Shown: positions 42,096 to 54,261 of the stretch, piece by piece
Layout of the letters: every line of letters begins with the position of its first letter
Position numbering within the stretch: the stretch's first letter is position 1
NCBI RefSeq assembly: GCF_902459465.1
Contig: NC_047068.1
Span: 19,406,001-19,470,000 of the forward strand
DNA length: 64,000 nt
Origin: Asterias rubens
Lineage: Eukaryota
Direction of reading: 5' to 3'
Made by a program: the position numbers and the translations under genes
Notes under the pieces: generated by a model
The model's input: the letters and a program-made list of their open reading frames with translations, nothing else
What the model was told of the DNA's origin: nothing
Database searches by the model: none

Positions 42096-42469
42096 TTAAA
42101 GATGCTTGTCAGATTTTTGGCCCCAAACATTAAAAAATAGACTTTTTGAGTGAATGGTATTTCAAAGAGTATCACCCGCTCTAACGAAAAAAAGTTTAAC
42201 TTTTACTTTTAATGGTCAGGAACCATGACAAAAATTTAAGACGTTTCTTATAAAACACATAAGAATTGGTCACGTGATATATTGTCGGGATCCCGACAAA
42301 AACTAATTTAGAGCACTTTATTTCACTGCTACTAATAATTGGCGGACTTTTTCGAGCAATGGCTCAAATGAAAGCTTGTAACTTTCTCGACCCCCATCAA
42401 ATCACCTATTGAATTTTAAATCAAAATGTTTGGGTCAAATCGGCCAAAAATCCGACATAGCATCTTTAA
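42096..42469. mobile_element. Kolobok-type MITE, third subfamily
   Basis: TTAA-AGATGCTTGTCAGATTTTTGGCC ... GGCCAAAAATCCGACATAGCATCT-TTAA. Confidence 0.75.
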
Positions 42470-44167
42470 CGCACTAACAAAGCGTGTCCCAAATTTTGTT
42501 TGTAAAGGAAACTATTATTTTTGATGTTCTGTTCTTTTTTACAAGGGACTTTATGAATGCCATGCCGGTTTTATCCATAACAAGATCACTCACAAAGTTG
42601 AATAATACATAATTTAGAAGTTGACTTATCATAATAGTTTCTCGATGGTTTAAGTGTAAAAATTGCATCGGGGATAAAGGATATTAATTTTGGTTTTACC
42701 TATACACAAATTCGACAATGAGCAGCCAATTTCATTTTCATGCGTTCGAATTAAAGCTGTTTTGCCTCTCCAGTTGTTACTGTGTTTCAAACTTATAATT
42801 CGGCCATTCAATTTTGTTTTGAGTCGAGTCAGATTCCTTTAGCACTCTGTTCAATTTAGCCTATTAGTCATTCTTTTTCGTGACACACACGCCTCAAGAA
42901 GCGTCTGAGAATTCGATTGCTGCTTTGATGATTCTTAAATTGAATGATTATTTTATTAAATCGAAAGACGCAACATTACATTTTGATTAATTATAAAACG
43001 AAATAGAATTACCCTTTTCAGTATAATTTGATTTCGCGCGAAATAGAATAGCTTTGCCGAAATTGACAAAGAAAAAAACCTATAGCACTGTATACTCAGA
43101 TATTTATCTCGGTGAGACAGTATGGTATGATAATTTCATCATTGGGTACAATGCATGGCTCACATGCAGCTCTGTCGGTATGATAGCTGCACTAATGGAC
43201 ATTATTGGAAAAGAAATAATAATTACTTGTGTCTCACCATTCAACAGACCGGTTGGCTGTGCAGTGTCAGATGAGGTCTACGTCCAGCTGTATGGCTTCG
43301 TCATAATCGTGTACCAGCACAGGTCCTGTGTCCAAAACAATAATATTTGTACAATATAAGTTCATTTCATACAACACACTATAATGTGTTAAAAACTAAC
43401 AGTAATACTAACTGAGACCATCAGCATTGATGTAATAAACTTACTAAATTAAATGCATTTTATGATTGTTTGCGCTTGGTCGTCTATTTTGTTTCTTACA
43501 GACGTGTTGTTTTAAGGTCTGAAATATCCATATTAATAAAAAACGGGAAAAGTAGGAAATAGGCCTACTACAAAAATAATTTCGGCTTACAGTAATGAAG
43601 TAGTTTCAAAAGTAGCTAAGCGCCCGTCTCATGTAGAGGGTAGAGAAACTCGTGCGCCTTTAGCTTTAGCTTTAGCTTTATATAACCCAAAACCTAACAT
43701 TTTAAAGATGTTAAGGTCATAGCTTTTATGGTTTATTTAAAAATGATCCAATATTGTACCCCGAGGCTTTTGATTTCAACATAGAGCATGGGGTACACAT
43801 TTCCCTCAAAATAACACAAATTTCGCACAATAGCGTTAGATATAATTTTTTCAAAATGGAGTAAGGTCAGTTTTTACTCTTATGACACAGAAAACCTACT
43901 AATATTGCCAAGGAAAAATAAGTTAGTTGTCAGCACATATTTTTCATTTAAATTAAAGTGGATGAGAGACTCTAAAAATATTTACCCACGAGTGAATGAC
44001 ATGACGGCTACTTCGGTTTAAACCTGGGCCTACCCGCATTAAGATTTTACCACATGTGATGGCATTTCTGAGACACCGTAATCAAACAAAAAGCATGGAG
44101 TCTGAAATCCAAACGTATTTCGTGTTGAATACCACGACCGTTTGATAATGCACCATACTATTTCAAA

Positions 44168-46342
44168 ATGGCGCAGCAGAGATCGTCACTTTCTCACTTT
44201 CTGAGGAAACTCGGAGAGCTTGTCCTCACAAGATTTCCATTTTTCTGTGCCCTCGCATTTACAATGCTGTGCAGTGAAAGGGAGTCTAGTAGAAGGTATT
44301 ACGTTACTCAAATAATCACTCGAGCTTTTAATTGTTGGCGATTTGTAGGTGCCCAGTTTCCGGATGTGTAACCACCGTTCCCTGATGACGAGTTTAAAAC
44401 CGTTTACTGCCGAGTTGTCGACGGAACTAAAGCTCAATTTCATTCATAATAAAACCATTACTGTTTTAGTACAGAGGAGTGAACTGTCTACACTCGGCTA
44501 GGCCTAGGGCTAGGCCCTGATTTTTGCATTTCGGTGGCACTCCTAAAAAAAATCTATCTTCTTTTACAAAAAAATTGAATATTATTTATTAAATATTTAA
44601 TAAGTGACTAATTTAAATTCATTTTGAATCAAAGATTCATATTCATAGTGGCATTATAAAGAAGTGAAAATGGTGGTCAGAATTTACACATTTTTCAGTT
44701 TCCCAATCTCCATTTTAAAAGTAAGAGTACTTCCCTGTCGGTCATGTCAATCTCCTTCCCATTATTCCACTCTTTCACATGACCATCATTGATCAAAATG
44801 CACTTATGTTTTGGGTATGATGTATGCAATCGTTTTAAAACCAGCAAAGCTCTTTGATTAACCATCGTCCATAGGCTCTAGTCTAAAATAAAAGTATTAA
44901 TTAACCTTAAATTATTGACACTGGACACTTTTTTTGGTAATTGTCAAATACCAGTCTTCTATTGATGTGTCTCAACATAATACATAAAATAACAAACCTA
45001 TGAAAATTTGAGCTAACTATTGGTCATCAAAGTTGTGTGCTTTCAGATGCTTGATTTCGAGATCTCAAATTCTAAATCTGAGGTCTCGAAATCAAATTTG
45101 TGGAAAAAGACTTCTTTTTCGAAAAGTACTCCACTTCACCTCTCCCCATTACTTCTAACCAAGTAAGGTTTTATGCTAATAATTATTTGGAGTAATTACT
45201 GATAGTGTCCACTGCCTTTAACCATTGAGGAATGAGATTGTCTTGTTTTGTTCATGCTGTTTCAGACCGGAGGGGTATCCTCATACTGTTATCTACGTTC
45301 ATTTAGCTCTACTCATCCTTGAGGGCAGTATGATGTCATTTGCAACTCAGAGATCCTTATTTGCCTTGATGTGCGCCATTCAAGCAGCCGTTATGATGTT
45401 GGTTACTCACACAAGCCCCAGCTTACGCTTCAAACCGTGGCTCATGGTAAAACTTGATTAAGAAAACCCTAAATCCCAAACAGTTTTGCCTAATAACCAG
45501 AGGATATTATGTTTTTTGGAAATACAGAATTGAAATACAAAAATTTGTCCATTTATATGGCAAGGGGTTAGGTAACATGTTGCATTTTCTGCACAACCGC
45601 ACTGAATCACATTAACAGGTCTGTTCTAGGACACCCCCCCCCCCCATTCCTAGCCTTGATGGGGTGTAGCAGCCAAAGCTTTCAATGGATAGATCACACA
45701 CTCTTACTTAAGCATTTATCTCCCCCCCCCCCCCAACACCAAAACAATCTTGCAATGAGGATAATTTATTTATAACAACCTCATTCAGGGTTTGTTTCTG
45801 TTTAGCTTTTGCAGCCACAGTATGAAAATGTTTATTTTAAATATTACTGAAATGCTGAATAAGAAATGCTGAATAACTTGTTTCATTCATTTCAGATTCG
45901 AATGTTATCAAGGGATATTGGTGTCATCGGAACATACCTGATTATTGCAAGTCGTTCACACGAGGAGCTTAGCCGGCGATATCGTCTGACAAAGTTGTAC
46001 CCCATTGGACGGAGCTTCCTTGCATCTTATTTCATAGTCTTGGCTTTCCAGTTGAATCAAGAAGTGATCGAGCAAAAGGCCTTTATTCATCGAGTTCCGG
46101 GTGGTCTCGCTGTAGTCTCGCTATTCTGCATTATTTGTTTGATATCCAGCTTCATGTTAATGTCCGAGATGAAAGTTAAAACAACTGCACAGATTCTTCT
46201 GGTGTTGCTTCTAATTATCATCGTTTTCGTGGATTTGGATTTTAAATATTGGCAGGGGAAGAAAGTGGAATATTGGAATCAAATAACAATTGTTGGAAAT
46301 GACGTTTGTATGCTGGCTATGTTGTTTATGCTAGCTGTATGA
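44168..46342 (+). CDS. TMEM101: Transmembrane protein 101 ortholog, 251 aa
   Basis: Exons 44168-44295, 45266-45446 and 45896-46342 (phases 2,0). Motifs LG..VLTRFPF, RMLSR.IGVIG, PGG, AQIL.VLL and VEYWNQI recall TMEM101. Confidence 0.88.
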
Positions 46343-48341
46343 CACTGGAACATGATTTATCTACCCTATGCAACTAGACTAACAACTATTGTCTTCACAG
46401 TTCACAAATATTCTCAACTGAAATTTGTCATTTTGCACGAGTAGTGTAGATTTAATGGTGTTAATGGTAATGGACATTAATAATTTTAGTTTGTGGGTCA
46501 AAGCATTGATACAGTATTTTGTTACATACAGATGTTTGTAATTATTGAACAAAATAAAATGTGCTAGGGCATGTTTAAATTTAGCTGACAAAAAGAGAAC
46601 AAGCTTGATAATTTATTTATTTTCACAATGAGTGATTTGAGTCGTTTTGAAAACATTACGCGCTCTTTTTGTATACAAAAGACAAAATGCTTAGTTAACT
46701 GTCTCAGTGCTCTTGAAATGGTCCACAAAAACATGGTATAATACTGAATTAAACGACAACTCTCTGTTTATTGTAATGATTTTATTTATCTAAAACGAAT
46801 CTTGGTAAAACTGTCAAAAAATATTGTAATAAAAAAATTAAAATGCACAAAATAAAATAATTACAAGACAAATGTTTGCCTACTTTGTTTTTTATGCGCG
46901 TGTAACAAAATCAAACTTAGTATACAGACTGGTAATTATCCTTAATGTCAAAAAGACTGAGACAACTAAACACACGTACAGCGAATCACTAGTCTAGAGT
47001 GGTTGCGGACTTACCAGGTAACAGTGCTCTCAGAATTGTGCTCATGCTCAGAACTACGAAAACAATGGAAGTTTACCTGGTAAGTTTGCTGCCACCTAGC
47101 GTTTGAAAATCTCCCATTGACTTATCACCTCGATATGAGTGTTAATTTCCATTCCCTTTCGCCCCTCTAAGGGCCTTGGGTCAAATAAACATTGGTTTGT
47201 AACCCTCGGAGGCTCACGTGAACCGTCACATAGGGGGTTTTCCCCACCACATTTAAAACGCACATAAAATACTTGAAATCTAAAATAGTACATTTCATCC
47301 TCTTTCATAGGTTCCTTATGTACAATATGGATTACAAAACAAGGCACATGATAATAAATGTGATTCATAACCATCAATAGAGTATGATCTATAAAAATAT
47401 ATACATACATCATCAAACCTGTATGGTTTAAATGGAAATGGAATGTAAACGTTTGGTATTGTTTAGAAGCCTACGTCGTCAGCTTTCGAGAGTATATTAT
47501 TTGAAGCAATTTGAGAATCATTTCACTTCAAAGGAAGCAATGTGGTTATGTTCAAAGATATAAGTTTTTGCACCACAACTTGAATCTGAGGCTACGGTAA
47601 CGTTTCTCAGATTGTGAATTACATTTGTAGATTATTCTTCGTTCGTGGACAATAACCGCTCCAGATTTTCGGCGTTATCTCAAAAACGCTTCCACCTCTT
47701 GAGATTAAATTTTCACTGGTTAAGGGTTTTATCTGCAACTATATAGGACTGTAAAAACAAAGAGTGGGTTCAACTTACCAAACGTATACAATTCCTCTAA
47801 ATACAAAACGTAAAAGCAGTGTTACCGATTTCCAAAACAAGCGGGTCATCTTAATCCCTAAAATGCAATGGGTGTGTCAATAGTGTGATTGTCTGAGTAT
47901 AATTTGGGCTAAAGAATATGATGCTTGTATGAAATATTATTTTCAAAAGTGACGTGGTTTTCGAGAAAAAAAAGGAATTTTCCACGAATTTGATTTCGAG
48001 ACCTCAAGTTTAGAATTTGAGGTCTCGAAATCAAGCATCTGAAAGCACACAACTTCGTGTGACAAGGGTGTTTTTTCTTTCATATTTATCTCGCAACTCC
48101 GACGCCCAATCAAGCTCAAACTTTCACAGGTTTGTTATTGTATGTATATGTTAAAATACACCAAGTGAGAAGACTGGTCTTGGACAGTTACCAATAGCGT
48201 CAAAAGTGTTTGCAGTTTATTTTTACCATAACGAATTGTACACTTTCTTTTAAACAATATATACATATCTAAAATACCCAGCCATTTAGGTGAAATCAAC
48301 AGCGTTCCAGATTGATTTGAAAAGTCAATCTTGCTCTTCCA

Positions 48342-50416
48342 CTACATGTGAGTGAACTTGCCCAAAGTGTGCTTGCAATTAGGGCAGGTGTGTACCGTGT
48401 CCTTTATACCGTCAATGCAGAACGGGATCAGGCAACATCCAAGCCACAGTCTGAAATCAGGGGGAAAGAATCAAAATATTATTAGGAATCAATTTGACTT
48501 CTGCATCAAAAAAAATCATATTCATCTCTCTGTTTCGTCAGCTTCAAGCTAACGTACAATATTGTTTTTTCATTTTCAATCCATAACTCCACTATCTCTT
48601 TAAACGCTGTAACAATTTGTGCTCACTTTTCTCATATGAATGTTATAATGATTTAATGTATGACTGTGTGAAACGACGAAAATAGACCATTATCCATCGG
48701 GTTAAGAAAACAAAATAATCTCCATTAGGAATATAGAAACAGCTCCCCATAAAAATATATATCTCACTGAACAAATTATACACTCATCTGCATTTTATAT
48801 AGATTATTTCCACTAGGAAAAGAGATATCATTATAAAGAAAATATACAATTCATCTCTGTGTCTCTACTCTCTACCCCAAGTTTAGTCCCTATATAATAA
48901 TATCGTGAGATATCCCCATGCACTGACTATTATTCAAACATATCTTTACTGTTGTTAAATTTAATGACGAGCACATGATTTGATTAGACGAGATTGTCTT
49001 TTCTGTTCAATGAAAATGACACATACGGAAGTTTACGAACACAGTGCAGGTGTTGAATTTTGCTTCAGGGATATGGAGTGTTTAAAAACATTTCACGTAC
49101 AAAATCACAGGCACATTACTCGATGGGATTCGAACCCACGAATCTAGTTCGGTTGGTAAGACTGGTTATATTGCAAGCTAGGTCTGGGAGGGCACATCTT
49201 TTTTGATGACAGTTTTTTTTTTTTTTTTCAACATAGGCATATGCACAAAATAATAAACCTGTGAAAATTTGAACTCAATTGGGCGTCGAGTTGCGTCAAA
49301 ATAATGGAATAAAAAACACCTTGGTCACACGAAGTTGTGTGCATGCTTTCTTGCTTGATTTCGCGACCTCACGCGTGAGGTCTCGAAATCAATTTAAATA
49401 TTTTACTGAGAAATTACTTCTTTCTCAACAACTTTGTTAATTTATAGGGAGTCGTTTCTCACAGTGTTTTACACTATCAACAGCTCTCCATTTTATGTTA
49501 CCAAGTAAACTTTTATGCTAACAATTATTTTGAGTAATTACCAAGAGTGTCCAGTGCCTTTAAACAACATAGAGATGTATACTTACCCAACTAGGATCAT
49601 CCCACCAACCATCAGCCACACCATTAAACCAATCTCTTTGTGAGTTACCGTAGTGACTAAGTTGTTGCAGTTGGGACAATTCATAGTACATGGAAGTACA
49701 GAGAAATTTGGTCTTATCACCAGTGTATTAGCGTAGCCTGGTGGCACTGGTGGTGGTACTGAACCAGGAACAGGCTGGGCCGCCGCGGTGTACACAGGAG
49801 GAGGATTCATTGGGTAGTCCCCCTGTTGTGGAGGCTGCATCGGGTAGCCCTCTTGGGGTGGAGGTTGCATCGGGTAGGCCCCTTGTTGTGGAGGTTGCAT
49901 CGGGTAGGCCCCTTGTTGTGGAGGTTGCATCGGGTAGCCTTCATGGGGTGGAGGCGGGCCCGAATACGCAGCCGGATATGGAGCCGGGCCTGTAACCGGC
50001 ATCGGGGCACCTTGTCTCACGGGACCGCCAGGGTACTCTGAACAATAGACGAAGACCGAGAAATAAAAACGTCTCTTGTCAAAATCTCAAAATAGTAGGC
50101 CTTCGGAAAGTAGGTGATTGTACCTCTGGCGATACACGCATAATAACAAACGATGACAGCCATTTTGAATAATAAACTGGACACCAATCTAAAATTATTT
50201 GTGTTATTTTTAAATGATAAATCTGCAAAGGCCCTAAAGTCTCTCTCACATGTAAACTGTTTTCTGTAAATGCAAGAAGAACAAGGAATCATCCTGAACC
50301 AACGATCAAACGAATATTACAAATGCATATAGCCGATTGCAGTACAAAAAATACAAATGAGTTATACCTTGAGTATTTGCTTGGCCGACATCTGCAGGAA
50401 CTTCTTTACTCTCCAT
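48342..50416 (-). CDS. LITAF: LITAF/SIMPLE-family protein, about 202 aa
   Basis: Exons 50416-50368, 50037-49587 and 48450-48342 (phases 1,2). LITAF domain CPNC...hydrophobic segment...[16 protein letters not shown]; Pro-rich N-terminus with PPVY and PPGY motifs. Confidence 0.92.
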
Positions 50417-50760
50417 GGTATTTCCCTCAACGCCTGAATATACTGAAATGCACAAGTTAGTTTTGCAGTGTTCTAAAATAAATTAAAAAAATCAATATCA
50501 TTGGAACATTGTTCAATGATACAACTGGGCAACTTTGGAATGAGCGGCAAAACAAACAAAGGTCTCAAGTGGTGCAGTTCCTGCTTCATAAAGTAGTGAC
50601 TTATATGCATTAGACTGAGTTTTATTTCAGGTACAACTGCTCATTATTTTTTAACTGCACAACAACAAAAAGTGACGACGGCAGGTTCCTTTAGTAAAAT
50701 AATAGGAAGGAAAGCATGGATAGAAAAATGAATTCAGTTTCATTGCTAAGATGTACTTTA

Positions 50761-50910
50761 TGACGTCACATTGACACTTGGCCTTATACCCTGACGTCAC
50801 CACGCCGCCAGGTGAAACGATGACCAAACAATGGGAAACGCACGGCTGTGCACGCGCGACGCAAAGGATTGGCCAATGAGCAACTTTTGTGGCATTATAG
50901 CCGACGCACA
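50761..50910. promoter_or_regulatory. CpG-rich candidate LITAF promoter: two perfect CRE sites and a CCAAT box
   Basis: TGACGTCA at 50761-68 and 50792-99; ATTGGCCAAT at about 50868-77; TGACGCA at about 50911; 350-500 bp upstream of the ATG. Confidence 0.45.
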
Positions 50911-53900
50911 TGACGCATATAAAAAGTACGGGAAAGTGTCCTTATCCTGCCACCACTTTTCATTTATTAGCAAATGTGGTGTATATTTTACTCAATTTTA
51001 ATGAGGTTTCCTTTTTGTAAAATTGAGTGAAAAGTGGGGGTGGCAGGCAGAATGTACGAAAAGTTTTCAAAAGGACTTTCTATTGTAGGCTTATAACAGA
51101 TTGATCAGTAAGGTACAGTGTGTGTTATCTGTATGGGAATGTCAAAAATGATATTAAAAATCGTAACTGAGTTTGACAAGGGCAAGTGCCGTGTCAGCAT
51201 TATTTGTTCAACTTTAACTACTGACTCATTTACATTTATTTGGAGACATTCCGTATCCTGCCACCAGTTTTTTCATTCGTTATATGGAATAAATTAGTAT
51301 CTAACTTACCCAAAATTAGATATTCGTTTCGGTAAAAGTTAGTGAAATCTTTTCGTATGAATTCATGCTTTATGGAGCATGACTAACACTTATGATTCTC
51401 AGAATCTCATTTTATTGAGTCCAATTCACAAAGAGGATGTGGACTTTTATTCAACGTGCAACCATAAAATATGTTGCCTAGTACTGGACTTTGTTAAACA
51501 TAAAGGTACTCTAAATCAATAGCAATAGTCGTAAAAACGGAGCTCCATACAGAACAGAACAGGCTGGTGATCTAGCGGAGTTGGGAGAAACATATTAACA
51601 TGATTGCGCGAGTCATGATTGGAATAAATGGTGCGGTTTATAAACGGTTCACTCTTCACTTGCACTATCAAAGCATAGCTGCCAACGTCATGCTAGAGTG
51701 GCCTTGGAAACCACTAGTAGGCCTTTGGTAGGCCGTACGAGTTGACCCATTAATATGGATATTCAATTAAATTAAATTCAATTTTCCATACTTCGATGAA
51801 AAATATCATGGAGTTCTACCTCCATGAAAATATCGACAAATACAATCATTATAGTATGAGCATGGAGGTAGTTATGGTTTGGGTAAAATACCGTAAAGCA
51901 AGATAATATTTGTGAGCAGTTATTAATGTAGTGTGGGCTGTTTTGATAAGCAGAGCTAGTAAAATGGTGTGCCGCCATAAAACCAGCCAGACAGGCAAAG
52001 CAACAAAACAAACAGACAGACATGCAAACAAAAAGACCGACGAACAGAAGACATGACAGATCGACTCAGACGCAAGGTAGATAAGAGGAACGCCAAGGTC
52101 ATTAAGCGAAAAGATGGCAGGACCGTCAAGCAGAAACAATACAAAACTTGACAAGCATACCATGGAGGAATAAACTAATTTATTCCTCCATGAGCATACA
52201 CAACAACTCCACTTTCATTTTATAGATAAGCATATATAAGTCCTAAATAACAACATAACATCGACTTACAAGATGGTAGTGCCCATAGGGACTTTGGTAC
52301 TTACCTTATAAGTTACCTGTTATACTCGTCTTCGGATGGGGTCTTACCATAGAGCAAGATGGTCTTAGGTCTTACCAACAGGGTTGATTATGCAACATGT
52401 AAGCCTTTGAAAAAGGCTCTCTGCTGATATCGAAATGCCTAGCATAGCATGCAACTATGTGTCGTCAATTGTTATGCGTATCGTATGTACATACGATAAC
52501 AATAACAGAGGTAGCGGTATTGACGGAGGCCAAGTTAGACTTCCCCGTGTCGTTGATAAGTCCGGTTACCTTAAACGCACCAAAAACAAACATACACAGA
52601 AACTAGCGCTTGCCACGTCGTTTTGCCTAAACAAAATCAATGACGACATTAAATTGAGTTACAAGTTTTCTTTCCAAATCTCTTCATCAATTCAACTACA
52701 ATAAATACTTAAATAAACTTGCGCCAGTCCTTTCTACTTTACAATGTCTTACATGTAGACTTCGCCAATTGGTAATTGTCTGCAGAAGCAAAGGGATAGA
52801 AGACCAATATTTTCTTATGACCAATAAACATGAATACCCCAATTCCAAACAAACAAAACATAAAACACACAAATTATAGACAAACAATATTCAAATGCAA
52901 CAAATAGGAGATCACGAGGTGCTGTTATTAATTTATTCACACAAAAATAATTATGTGTGTGGTATTGCCCTATACATGTAAAGCCATGCGTTCATGTGTT
53001 TCAGAGAAACTATAATTATAGTTTGAGAACATTCCGAACTAAATTCATTTTCCACATAAAACCAAGAGTTGTGAAGTAAAAGCTGGTCATGTTTTGAGAT
53101 GTGCCCCCTTTCATCATATCAAAAGTTGATAAGAATTTAATAGATGTTAAATTATTATTATTTTTTTTTCACAGGACTCGGGAAAGTACCGAGTATACAG
53201 TGCTACATACATCAGTGTATATGGGTAAAAACCAAAAATTATATTGATACGAATTAGACAGTGCAATCTCCATAAAATATAAGATTTTATGTTTTCTTCA
53301 GGAAGTCCAGGCTAGTCTGTGTCTCTTTTGTAAACATTGTGATGTCACAGGTCACATCGTCTACTACATAAAGAGGGGTTGTCACCAGATTGCAGGAGTT
53401 ATAGACAATGTGCAAGAATCCTAATTACAAAATCATCTTAGGAGAAAAAAGCCTACACGCAAAAGTCTTTGAATTGTGGGATGTTATATGTGGCGTAGCA
53501 TACAGCCCGATTGACGAGTGGAGCTTATTATTTTACATTCGTTATAACAGTAACATTTATTATAGATCCTATAGTCGATTTAATTTAAATAAATTTAATA
53601 AATGCAACTGCAACTTCAGTGACTTCCATGATCAGTTACAACATTGTAGGTCCCAATAATGAGACAGTGCGAGTGTGAATTTTCTCACGTAGGCCTTGTA
53701 CGCATAAACAAGCTATAACTATGCGTGACTACGTGAAAAAATCGCACACATTTCTAACTAGACTTGGTTCCAAGTCTGTGATAGTGGCTTATTAGTCTAC
53801 CACTTTTGCCTGAAATGGCGCCCTCTTGTGGACTTACCTCAGTCATCAGTGAGTTAGGGCGTTTGATCTAAGAGCAACCCACTAGACTAACCACACTTGT

Positions 53901-54261
53901 GCATAGTTGATATGGTAATTTCGGGAGCTACGTCCAGTTTCTGGTCAAGTCTCAGTCGCTCACCCGAACTTGGCTGTTGCTGTTAAATAACAGCGATATC
54001 AGACTTGAAATCAAGTCTAGGTTAGTATCCGAATAAAAACTAAGAAGCCTACTCCAATTGTGCAACGGTGCTTTCAAGAGCAGTTGGATCTTTACTTTTG
54101 CAAATGGGACAATAGGGGGCCTACACATTTTTTTTGGGATTGAACAGAATTTTTTTGTTCAATTTAAACTCATTAAACTTAATTTTTTACCCACAACCCG
54201 CCGTCAGTTTTCCATTCTGGCTTGTATAGCTTGATTCAACAAAATAACAAATCCTTCAAGT

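Noticed and set aside
52053-52152. Short basic ORF MTDRLRRKVDKRNAKVIKRKDGRTVKQKQYKT
   Set aside because: It is 32 codons in a purine-rich tract with no splice or homology support.
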